From an uncultured delta proteobacterium (GTDB lineage: Bacteria; Myxococcota_A; Polyangia; Polyangiales; Houyiibacteriaceae): a stretch of DNA of 64,000 nucleotides. The DNA lies in the NCBI GenBank assembly GCA_963699755.1, contig CAVOVB010000001.1, forward strand, positions 416,001-480,000, given 5' to 3'. The notes under the pieces were generated by a model. The model saw only the letters and a list, made by a program, of their open reading frames with translations. It was not told the DNA's origin and did not search any database. Both the position numbers and the translations under genes were made by a program. Numbering within the stretch: position 1 is the stretch's first letter; the number at the start of each line of letters is the position of its first letter. Of this stretch, positions 18,979 through 27,712 are shown one piece after another.

Positions 18979-19866
18979 ATGACGCTTCCTCGGCGCGTGG
19001 TCCCGAACGCGACCTACTTGGTAACCCGCCGGTGCCTCGGGCGACGCTTTCTCCTTCGTCCTGACCGCATCCTCAATCAGGTATTCGTCTACTGCCTCGC
19101 CCGGGCCGCCGAAAAGCACGGCGTCGAGGTCCACGCCCTGGGTGTGATGAGCAATCACCATCACCTGGTTGTGACCGACGTTCAGGGCGTGCTCCCCGAC
19201 TTTTTGATGAGCCTCCATCGCACTCTGGCGATGTGCATCAAGCGGCTCCGAGACTGGGATGAAGTGGTGTGGGAGCCCAACGTTTCGACGAGCGCCGTCG
19301 AGCTCACCGGGCCCTCCGAAATCCTCGACAAGGTCGCCTACACGATTCTCAACCCGGTGAGCGCAGGGCTCGTGCGCGCGCCGCACTGCTGGCCGGGGGT
19401 GCTCAGCACGTGCGCCGAGCTTGCGCGGGGCACGCTCGAGGCCAAAAGGCCCCCGGTGTGGTTCAAGGACAGCGCACCGAAGACGGCGAAGCTTCGATGG
19501 ACGGTGCCACCGAGCTTTGTGCGCAAGGAAGCCTACCTCGATGCGCTCGGCAACCTGGTCGGGAGCCGCCTTCGTGAACTCCGCGTCGCCCATCGCCGTT
19601 CGGGCAAGGGCTATCTCGGAGGCATCCGGGTTCGAAAGACGCGCGTGACGGACCGGCCCAACACCCGGAAATCCCGCTTCGGCCCAAGCCCCACGTTCTC
19701 GGCCCTGACGCGGAGGAAGTGGCTCGAGGTCGTGAAACGCCTTCGCGCGTTTCGAAGAGCGTATCGCGAAGCCTATGCGGCGTGGCGTCAGGGCGAGTCG
19801 AGCGTCGAGTTCCCGCTCGGCACCTGGTGGGTCGTCCGCTACGCCGGGGCCCAGGCAGCGACCTAG
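18979..19866 (+). CDS. HUH Y1 transposase, REP-associated tyrosine transposase (RAYT)-like
   Basis: YLVTRRC..FLLRP, MSNHHHLVV (HUH), Y..LNPVSAGLV..WP, C-terminal FPLGTWW. Confidence 0.85.
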   Translation: MTLPRRVVPNATYLVTRRCLGRRFLLRPDRILNQVFVYCLARAAEKHGVEVHALGVMSNHHHLVVTDVQGVLPDFLMSLHRTLAMCIKRLRDWDEVVWEPNVSTSAVELTGPSEILDKVAYTILNPVSAGLVRAPHCWPGVLSTCAELARGTLEAKRPPVWFKDSAPKTAKLRWTVPPSFVRKEAYLDALGNLVGSRLRELRVAHRRSGKGYLGGIRVRKTRVTDRPNTRKSRFGPSPTFSALTRRKWLEVVKRLRAFRRAYREAYAAWRQGESSVEFPLGTWWVVRYAGAQAAT

Positions 19867-20063
19867 CGAACGGACGCCCACAGCCCTGAGCTGGTCGACC
19901 CCTTGCGAGTCGTGCGTACGCATCCACCCTTCGCAACCGTCTTCTGTTCGGAGGACGGTTTCGAGCGTTCGCCAAAGTGCCCGGAGCGCTGTGCGGCCCG
20001 CTTACTGCGCTCGCTGCCGTCGCAAGCAGTAGGGGACCGGCCCCCGCCAAACGGACTCGTTAC

Positions 20064-20124
20064 AACTTCAACGTGGGAAGGTCGGGCCGGGCCGTAACTT
20101 CAACGTGGGAAGGTCGGGCCGGGC
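20064..20124 (-). repeat. Tandem 29-bp repeats right of the RAYT gene, inverted relative to the left repeats
   Basis: AACTTCAACGTGGGAAGGTCGGGCCGGGC at 20064 and 20096; core TTCAACGTGGGAAGGT matches the reverse complement of the left unit with one mismatch. Confidence 0.85.
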
Positions 20125-20169
20125 GGCGGGCCGGGCGGGGGGGGGTGGGGAGGAAGGAGCAGAAGGCAG

Positions 20170-20427
20170 GCCTCACGGAGTACGAAGCCCGATACATCAA
20201 CGCACGCTCATTTCGACATGCCGCGGTGACCGACATGACCGTGCGTAGCAACGAGCTCGCCAGCGTCTCGTGCCTGGCCGGCCACAAGGACGTGCAGACC
20301 ACCTCACGGTACGTCCATCCACCGTTTGAGGCTAGCAAACGAGTCAACGATGCCCGTTTTCGGGACACCGTTTGGAACACGAGCGAGTTCTACGAAGAAG
20401 GCGAAATCGCTAACTCGTTGAAACTAC
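20170..20427 (+). pseudogene. Tyrosine integrase C-terminal remnant
   Basis: RSFRHAAVT..LAGHKDVQTTSRYVH (catalytic R, H, Y region). Confidence 0.8.
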
Positions 20428-20472
20428 TAGCGGACGCGAAGGGATTCGAACCCCCGACTTCTGCCTCCGGAG
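20428..20472 (-). other. 3' half of tRNA-Arg(CCG), att-site remnant
   Basis: Minus strand CTCCGGAGGCAGAAGTCGGGGGTTCGAATCCCTTCGCGTCCGCTA: anticodon loop, T arm and 3' acceptor strand, no 5' half. Confidence 0.75.
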
Positions 20473-20933
20473 CCCACTCCGCGATCGCGTTGGCCTGCGT
20501 TTTCTAGGGTTTCGTGATTCCGTCGAGCGTGCCGTAGCGCGCGAGAGTGTTCGGTCTTGCGCGCTCGTGGGATTACTAATCCCACCCGAAGTCGTGCAGC
20601 TGGCCTGGGCCGTGTTGGAGGATAAAAGCGCCACCGAGCGCGAGGTCGAGCTCGCCCGCTGGGCGCTGAGCGCGTGCGCATAGCCACCCCGGGTAACATG
20701 ACATGAGGGACCGCGCATCGGCTCTAGGCTCACTACTCGGCCTATTCGAAGTCGCAGAGGTACATGAGATCGCCCGGATTCGAGCCCGGATACCCGCCCT
20801 CGAGGAAGCGCTCGCTGTTCTCAAACAGAAGAACTCAGAAGACCGATGAAGCCAAGCTTGGGCTCTAGCGATCCAGGTCGTGTAAGCATGCTGGAGCTTT
20901 GATCGGCAGAGGCGCTAAACACATACTCGATGC

Positions 20934-21400
20934 GTGAACGACCAAGACAGGCGGAAAGACACCTGGTCAGCCAGGCCCTTGGTGCGGAAAATCATCAGCT
21001 TCTTCTCGCAACTGAACGTGACGGTTTACCGATGGACCGCGGGCTTTCTAGGCTCGAACTGGCGCCTCGGAAGCGCCTTCCCTTGGGGTATTCCGCTCCT
21101 CTTGCTGTCGACACTTGGACGCAAGACTGCGGGACGCGGACCACGCCGCTTGGTTTCCTCGAAGAAGGGGACAGGGGCATCGTCGCGGCGTCGCAGCTTG
21201 GGCTTTCCAAGGACCCGCTCAGGTACAAGAACCTTCAGGTCCACCCTGAATGCCGCGTGCAGATCAAACGCAGCAAGATGAAGATGCAGGCACGCACGGC
21301 GGCTCCGGAGGAGCGTGCCCATCTGCGGCCCAAGCTCGTGGCGCGCTACTCGGGTTTTGCCGCGAGCGCCCAATACGCGCGTCTTCGTCGACCTGGTCAG
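20934..21400 (+). pseudogene. Deazaflavin (F420)-dependent nitroreductase family (DDN/FDOR-A), frameshifted
   Basis: LLLSTLGRKT then a frame change to RTTPL..IVAASQLG..DPLRYKNL..ARTAAPEERA. Confidence 0.7.
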
Positions 21401-21420
21401 GACGGAGAGCGGCCCCCAGA

Positions 21421-23067
21421 TCAGAAGTTATACAGCCAGTAGTCGCGCGACACGGTGGCGCGGATTGGACCGCCAAAGCTGGCTTCTGAGCCCAGGCCAA
21501 CGCCATTGCGAATGCTCAGTTTGGCCTCCACCCCAGCGGCAGCGAAACCCACGTCGGGACCGACGCCAATGGAAAAGATCAGGTCCGGGTTTTCGTAGTC
21601 TGCCTCGATCTCTCCCTCAGCAATGGCGACGCCCACCGAAAAGCCCACCGTGCTCTCACCAAAGGTCAAACAGACGAAGCCATCGGCGCAGGCTTCCATC
21701 CCGGTTTCGAAGCTCGGCTGGCGAGCGGTCGGATCGATTGCTTCCATGGCCTCGATGACACTCGGCGCACGACAGACGGACGAGATTCCGTCGAGCTCGC
21801 CAAGGTAAGATTCATATTCATCGGGGATTGTGTTCACGTCCCCACTCTCCAGGGCGGCCACCATCCAATCGACGAGGTCAAGGAGCGCCGTGACCTCGCG
21901 TTCGTCAAGGTCACCGATGCGTTCTTCGATGGCGGCATAGGAGCAAGCTCGGTACCGAGCGCGGTGCGCATGGTTCAGGCCGAGCAACTCGCCAACCCGA
22001 CCTAGTTCGTATTGAAAGGCGGCCATAATCTCTGAGGCCATCGAGGTGCAGTACGACATCTCACAACCGAGGTCACAGGCGTCGTCAAGACAGTCGTAAT
22101 TACAACGGGTGTATTCACGGCGAAGCGTGTTCTTCCGGTCCTCATGCGCATACCCGTTCACCATCAGGTCCTCGACGATCGGGCTCGCTGCCCGCATCAG
22201 CCAGGCTGTTTCGTCGTCTATGCACGTCTGGATGCCGTCCCGAATCTCTCGCCCAGCATCGGAGGAAGCACCGGTGGGCATCCGGTCCGTGGGGTCGACC
22301 CCCGAATCCAGAGGACCCGCAAGATCGGCCAGTTCGTTTGCCTCCGGGTCATCTGGGTCGATGGCCAGGGCTTGTTGTGCATGGATGCGCGCTGCATCGT
22401 CATCGCCGCTCTCCAGTTGCAACTGGCCCGCCCGCAGGTGATTGAACAAGGAGGTGGGGTGCCCACTGAAGCTTCGCTGCAAGAAGTAGATGGCGCGGCG
22501 GCGGTCCCCTTCCTGTTGATAGATGTGAGCCAGGCTCGCCAGCGCAGTGAAGAGCTCGGGATCTTCGGCCAAGGCGCGTAGCAGGACGGAGCGCGCATCG
22601 CCCGTGTTGTCATTGGCGAGCAGAGCCCACCCCAGTTGGTTCAAGGCGAACGGATCGGTGGGATCCGAGAGCACGGCCTCGGCAAAAGCCCAGGTGCCGC
22701 CGCTGAGGCTTCCGGCGAAGACCAGGGCGACGCCGGCCATGAGATAGGCGTCAGCCTCGCTCGTTGGGTCGCTCTCGACCCGAGGCGGCGCGGCGAGCGG
22801 TGCAAGGCGCATGGCCTCGGTGGCGATATGGTCGGCAATCGCTGTCCGTACCGCCTCCGGAACCTCGTCTCGCACCTCGGATTCAACCGCCATGGCGATG
22901 GCCACCACCTCGTCTCGCGACGGTGCCGTCGGCATGAACGGACCCGTCCAGGGCAGAGCGCCATGGTCGGGCAAAGATCCTCCGTTCTCCTCGCCCCCCG
23001 CACACGCTGCTACGCAAAGTAGGGTGCAGACATTCACGACACCTTTTCGAACTCGGCTCGACAACAT
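21421..23067 (-). CDS. TPR-containing lipoprotein, hypothetical
   Basis: Lipobox VAAC; TPR helices (ALNQLGWAL, ALAIDPDD); Cys-rich segment. Confidence 0.65.
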   Translation of the reverse strand: MLSSRVRKGVVNVCTLLCVAACAGGEENGGSLPDHGALPWTGPFMPTAPSRDEVVAIAMAVESEVRDEVPEAVRTAIADHIATEAMRLAPLAAPPRVESDPTSEADAYLMAGVALVFAGSLSGGTWAFAEAVLSDPTDPFALNQLGWALLANDNTGDARSVLLRALAEDPELFTALASLAHIYQQEGDRRRAIYFLQRSFSGHPTSLFNHLRAGQLQLESGDDDAARIHAQQALAIDPDDPEANELADLAGPLDSGVDPTDRMPTGASSDAGREIRDGIQTCIDDETAWLMRAASPIVEDLMVNGYAHEDRKNTLRREYTRCNYDCLDDACDLGCEMSYCTSMASEIMAAFQYELGRVGELLGLNHAHRARYRACSYAAIEERIGDLDEREVTALLDLVDWMVAALESGDVNTIPDEYESYLGELDGISSVCRAPSVIEAMEAIDPTARQPSFETGMEACADGFVCLTFGESTVGFSVGVAIAEGEIEADYENPDLIFSIGVGPDVGFAAAGVEAKLSIRNGVGLGSEASFGGPIRATVSRDYWLYNF

Positions 23068-23090
23068 GATTGCCGCCCTTTGGGGACTCC

Positions 23091-24242
23091 TTACGGCCTC
23101 GACCGGATGATCGTCGCGCTGTCTACGAGTCCATCTTCCAGCAGGACGTAGAGATCCTCACCGACGGCGGCGATCCCCTGCAACTCCTGAAAGAGCGAGC
23201 TGTAGCCGAAGATCTCATACGTACTGCTCACCTGCTGTGAGTCCAAGTCGATTTGAACGATCGGCGAAGGGCTCTCCGGAACGATGCCCCAAAGATGAGT
23301 CCCGTCCCACGTCATCGCCCGAAGGTCGATAGAGAAGTCGTATCGGTTGACGAGGGTCTTGGTGGTGGGATCCACCTCGAGCAGCTCAGCAGTATCCGTG
23401 CTTGCCGATCGGCCGGCGAGCCACAGATGAGCGCCGTCCCACGCCATCGCTCCGATGTATAGCTTGTGTCCGAGGTCCAGCTCGGTGTCGATGGTATCCA
23501 CCTCCACATCAGCCCGATCACGACCGGTCGCGATGTGATCGAGAGGGGCTATGAGCCAAAAGAGAGAGCCATCATAGGCATGGACCTCGTTGACGCCGCT
23601 GGGCCGGTCCAGTGGCGTTCCCAGTGCTTCATCGTTCAGGTCGAACGGAATCAGGGCGTCGCTCATGCCTGCGTTGGCGCCAAACCACAAAGCTGCGCCA
23701 TCCGAGACCAAGCCGGTGTCCCTGAGTCTGGTTTCGCTAGCTTCCACCAAGACTGTCGGAGCGAGCTTCACACACTCGCTACCCTCAGGCGAGGATGACA
23801 GTCTACTGAAGATCTGTCGGCGCCCTGTGCTGTCGGTTAGCCCGAGCAGGTCGTCTTGAATGTCGTAGGCATAACTCTTTGCGACAAATGCCGCGTATTC
23901 GTTGAACACCTCGATTTCCATGAATACGGCGTCTTCGCTGAGCTGGGTGAAGAGAAGATCTACACAAGCCAGCACATTGCTCTCGGGATGCCTGAACGTG
24001 GCAACCCCGGTGCTGTCTTCACGGAGCTCGAGCACCACGAACTCGACCTCGGGGAAGAACCTGAAGATCTCGCCGTCCAGGGGCTCCCAGCTTCCAACCA
24101 GCGCCTCATTGCTTATCCCGCCGCTTCCGTCATCAGAGCAGCCTACCGGCACCATGGCCAGGACGAGACTCACAACGACAAGGCTGACAAGCACTCGCCC
24201 CGACCGCGGAACAGTCACCACACATCCGTGCGTCTTCATCAC
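23091..24242 (-). CDS. Lipoprotein with C-terminal beta-propeller (glutaminyl cyclase/NHL-like repeats)
   Basis: PVGC lipobox; repeats GLVSDGAALW, AYDGSLFW, AMAWDGAHLW, AMTWDGTHLW. Confidence 0.65.
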   Translation of the reverse strand: MMKTHGCVVTVPRSGRVLVSLVVVSLVLAMVPVGCSDDGSGGISNEALVGSWEPLDGEIFRFFPEVEFVVLELREDSTGVATFRHPESNVLACVDLLFTQLSEDAVFMEIEVFNEYAAFVAKSYAYDIQDDLLGLTDSTGRRQIFSRLSSSPEGSECVKLAPTVLVEASETRLRDTGLVSDGAALWFGANAGMSDALIPFDLNDEALGTPLDRPSGVNEVHAYDGSLFWLIAPLDHIATGRDRADVEVDTIDTELDLGHKLYIGAMAWDGAHLWLAGRSASTDTAELLEVDPTTKTLVNRYDFSIDLRAMTWDGTHLWGIVPESPSPIVQIDLDSQQVSSTYEIFGYSSLFQELQGIAAVGEDLYVLLEDGLVDSATIIRSRP

Positions 24243-24405
24243 CTTACTCCTTGCCGGCTCGACTCAAACCCGTTGGCCGGCGTACGGAGACCCGATGCAC
24301 GGTTAGTGCCAACGCAGGACCTGCTGATCACTCGTTTCTTGGGGAAAGCTAACGCGCAAGTCTTGCGTTTGTCTGCGAAACTACGAAAAGAGTGCGCCGA
24401 AAATC

Positions 24406-24570
24406 GTGAGCGACGCGAAGGACGACATCGTGGCTTCCGGGTTCATCGACACCCATTCCCACGGACAGGATCCGTTTGTCTTCAAGCTGTACCCTGCCCT
24501 CTACAGGCATTCCCTACGTGGTCGTGGACGACTGGTTCCCGGCGGACAGGACGCACCTCGATTCAGGGTC
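24406..24570 (+). pseudogene. Amidohydrolase N-terminal fragment
   Basis: DIVASGFIDTHSHG motif, then the frame breaks down. Confidence 0.45.
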
Positions 24571-25110
24571 GCGGGGAGGCGTTGTCATCCATCCGCTGGC
24601 GAGGCAGATCGCGCAGCGGTGCAAGGAGAAGCTCCTCGAATCGTCCGAGAGGTGACGCTCGGCCCAGGTACGAAAGACCTTCGCCAGCGCTGGAGGTGCC
24701 GCTCACGGACCTCTTCGCGAGCTGGCTGGCAGCGATGGGAGCCGAGGTGTCGAAGGATACCGTCCGCTGCTGGGAGACGTACGCAGCCGCTCATTTCATC
24801 CCGTTCTTCGAAACCTGTTGGGCACCAAACCAGCGATTCCGAGGATTCCGAGACGCGCTACCGGTACGGCCCATCCGAAGGGGAAGCGCGAGACGGTTAC
24901 GCTGACGCCGGAGGAAATGGACGCCATCGTGGCTCAGCTCCCAGAGCGTTCGAAGCTCGGCTATCCGATGCGGGCGTACTACGAGGTGGTGCGAGAAACG
25001 GGGCTTCGGCCTTCGACGCGCAGCATTGGAGGCTAGTCTCAAGGAGTACGAGCCGCAATACATCAACGCACGCTCATTTCGACATGCCGCGGTGACCGAC
25101 ATGACGGTGA
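24570..25110 (+). pseudogene. Tyrosine integrase remnant (N-terminal and core parts, multiply deleted)
   Basis: LFASWL..HFIPFFE, PRRATGT..LTPEE, ETGLRP, RSFRHAAVTDMTV; similar to the integrase at 47426. Confidence 0.75.
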
Positions 25111-25160
25111 CACGAACGATTTCTGCGAGGAGGACGAGAGCACTAGCTCGTTGAAATCGC

Positions 25161-25183
25161 AGCGGAGGCGGTGGGAATCGAAC
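25161..25183 (-). other. T-arm/acceptor fragment of tmRNA or a tRNA, att-site remnant
   Basis: Minus strand GTTCGATTCCCACCGCCTCCGCT, directly downstream of the integrase remnant. Confidence 0.5.
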
Positions 25184-26059
25184 AGCCGGGAGCTCGCCCG
25201 ATTCCGACGTTTCTCGAACGGTTTCGCGGACAGGTATCGATGAGAACTGGACTTCCCCCGCCCCTGTAGACACCTCGAAGCCAAACGCGAGGTGCTTAAG
25301 CTTCGAGCCGAGCTTCGGCGCGCGCAAGAAGAGCGGGACATATTAAAAAAGCCGCTGTGTACTTTGCGCGAGAGCCCGAGCAAAGTACGCATTCATCGAA
25401 GCGCACCGCAAGGAGCACCGCATCCAGACGATGTGCCGGGTGCTCGGCGTGGCGCGCAGCGGGTTCTACGCCTGGCTTCATCGGCCGCTGTCGGATCGAG
25501 CGCGGCAGGACGGCCGTTTGCTCGAGCTCATTCGCGCCTCGTGGTTTGCGAGCGGGGGTATCTATGGGAGCCCCCGCATGTGGGGCGACCTTCGCGAATC
25601 GGGCGTTCGGTGCAGCAAGAAGCGCATCGCCCGCATCATGAGAGAGCACAAGATCCGGGCCATTCGTGGCTACAAGCGCCCGCGTCACCGCCCTGGGCGT
25701 CCCGCCGCACTCGCACCCAATCGGTTGCAGCAGCAGTTCACGGTGAGCCGTCCCGACGAAGCCTGGGTGACCGACATCACCTACCTCCGCACATGGCAAG
25801 GGTGGCTCTACTTGGCCGTCGTGATCGACCTCCACTCGCGCCGCGTCGTCGGATGGTCGATGAAGTCGTCGCTACACCGCGAGCTCGTACTCGATGCGCT
25901 CTTGATGGCGGTGTGGCAGCGCAAGCCTCGGCAGCACGTCATCGTGCATTCCGATCAAGGCACGCAATACGGCAGCGATGAGTGGCAGCGTTTCTGCCGA
26001 GCGCACCGGCTCACCACGAGCATGAGCCGCCGCGGCAACTGCTACGACTGTGATGATGC

Positions 26060-26298
26060 TTGGACGCCGATCGATCCTCTGGAAAGATCGTCGTGGTCGT
26101 TGCTTCGGGTGATCTGACCCTTGCTATGATCGACCTTGGGTGTCCTGGCGTTGACGTGTCGGTCACCCGCAAGCAGCGGCGTATCCTTACCAGCCAGGCG
26201 GGTCGTGACCTCATAGGAGCCTGAATACTTCGGTCCCATCACAGTCCTGTCCTTCCTCGTCTGACCGGTGAGTTCAACCACTGACCGGAAGGAATACC
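26060..26298 (+). ncRNA. Putative IS110 bridge RNA (5' hairpin, target-binding loop, donor-binding loop)
   Basis: Stem GTTGCTTCGGGTGATCTGAC / GTCGGTCACCCGCAAGCAGC encloses TGCTATGA (26122) and GGCGTTG (26147); a second stem encloses ATAGGAGC (26213) and CATCACAG (26237), which match the element ends. Confidence 0.8.
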
Positions 26299-26301
26299 TG
26301 C

Positions 26302-27381
26302 ATGCCAAGCGTCTCGCCGAAGCCCACCGAAATCATCGTGGGCGTGGATACACACAAGCACCAACATGTCGCATTCGCGATCGATGGACTGGGCCGCGTC
26401 GCCGCCGAGCCTATCACGATTCCCGCAACGGGGGCCGGCTATGCCCAACTGCTTGCATGGGCCGATGCGCTGGGCACCGTTCACGCCTTTGGGGTGGAGG
26501 GTTGTGGCTCCTACGGAATCGGTCTGGCACGCTTCCTTCGGCGCCATGGTCGTAGTCTGCAAGAGGTCGCTCGCCCTGTTCGCCGAGGGGAGCGTCGAAA
26601 GTCTGGAAAGAGCGACGCGATCGATGCCGAACATGCCGCACGCACCATCCTCACCAGCACAGGAACTGCGACTCCAAAGCTCGCGAACGGTCCTGTGGAG
26701 GCGCTCCGACTCATCAAAATCGCCCGAGATACAGCGGTGAAAGCGCAGTCGATGACCATGATCACGCTCAAGGCCATGGTCGTCACAGCGCCCAGCGGGT
26801 CGCGCGAACGAATCGAGCCGCTCAACAACCACCAGCTCGTCCTGGCATGCTCCGCTCTCGATTCGTCGGAGGCAGTGTCCGACCCCGAAGTCGCCGTCCG
26901 GTACGCACTCGGTGCGCTCGGCCGCCGGTGGCTACAACTCCACGAGGAGATCAAGACGCATACCGCTTATCTCAAGGAGCTCACGCGAGCGTCGGCGCCG
27001 GAGCTGGTCGACACGTTCGGAGTCGGGTTCGACAGCGCAGCCGAGTTTCTCATCGCGGCCGGTGACAATGCCGACCGTATTCGTTCCGAAGCGGCTTTCG
27101 CCAAGCTCTGCGGAGCATGTCCGATCCCCGCAGGGTCGGGCATGACCAACGGTCGTCATCGTTTGAACCGAGGCGGTAATCGCCAAGCCAATGCCTCACT
27201 CTATCGAATCGTCATCGTCCGGATGCGCTGGCATCCCGCCACCATGGCGTACGTCGAACGCCGCACTGCCGAAGGTTTGTCGAAGAAGGAGATCATTCGT
27301 TGCCTCAAGCGTTTCGTCGCTCGGGAGATCTATCGCCTCCTGCCAAGACCAAGTTCTGCGAGTCTGCCAAAAGCCGCCTAG
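26302..27381 (+). CDS. IS110-family DEDD recombinase
   Basis: VGVDTHK, GVEGCGSYG, KSDAIDA, PIPAGSG, RLNRGGNRQAN, IRCLKR. Confidence 0.95.
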   Translation: MPSVSPKPTEIIVGVDTHKHQHVAFAIDGLGRVAAEPITIPATGAGYAQLLAWADALGTVHAFGVEGCGSYGIGLARFLRRHGRSLQEVARPVRRGERRKSGKSDAIDAEHAARTILTSTGTATPKLANGPVEALRLIKIARDTAVKAQSMTMITLKAMVVTAPSGSRERIEPLNNHQLVLACSALDSSEAVSDPEVAVRYALGALGRRWLQLHEEIKTHTAYLKELTRASAPELVDTFGVGFDSAAEFLIAAGDNADRIRSEAAFAKLCGACPIPAGSGMTNGRHRLNRGGNRQANASLYRIVIVRMRWHPATMAYVERRTAEGLSKKEIIRCLKRFVAREIYRLLPRPSSASLPKAA

Positions 27382-27712
27382 CCTCCTTGACATCTATAGG
27401 AGCATCAATGCGGTCGCCGAGTCGTTTTTCAGCAGCTTGAAGAAGGAACGGATTCGAAGGAAAATCTACAGGACCCGGGCCGAAGCCCGGGCCGACGTGT
27501 TTGACTACATCGAGGTCTTCTACAATCGAAAGCGGCGGCACAGCCACATCGGAGACATGAGTCCGGCGGCCTTCGAGGCCGTCCTCAGCAACCCTAGCCG
27601 GGTGTCTACGGAAGCGGGGTAAGTCCAGCAACCCTAGCCGGGTGTCTACGGAAGCGGGGGAAGTCCATTTCGACGCGTATTTGACGCGCACTTGGTGAAG
27701 ACCCTCATGTGC

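Larger units (their letters stand above)
26049..27406 (+). mobile_element. IS110-family element, complete, inserted in IS3 orfB
   Basis: Removing it restores GAC-AAT (D-N) in frame; ends TGTGATGATGCT ... TTGACATCTATAGGAGCATC; no target duplication. Confidence 0.93.
25248..27667 (+). mobile_element. IS3-family element: orfA mostly deleted, orfB interrupted by IS110, right IR duplicated
   Basis: IRL TGGACTTCCCCCGCCCCTGTAGACACC; IRR copies end at 27627 and 27667; A6G at 25345; WVTDITY, HSDQG, NCYD (ends 26048) continuing as NAVAESFF (from 27407). Confidence 0.93.

Noticed and set aside
18882..20124. Short tandem repeats as a CRISPR array
   Set aside because: Only 2-3 units per side, gaps of a few bases instead of spacers, no cas genes.
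20120..20160. G-run as a functional G-quadruplex
   Set aside because: Low-complexity junction between the RAYT repeats and a truncated integrase; slippage or assembly noise is equally likely.
20428..20472. Functional tRNA genes at 20428, 25161 and 29246
   Set aside because: Each lacks the 5' half and cannot form a cloverleaf; kept only as att remnants.
25345..25351. Active programmed -1 frameshift at AAAAAAG in IS3
   Set aside because: The motif is present but orfA lacks its start and orfB is interrupted, so it cannot yield a transposase.
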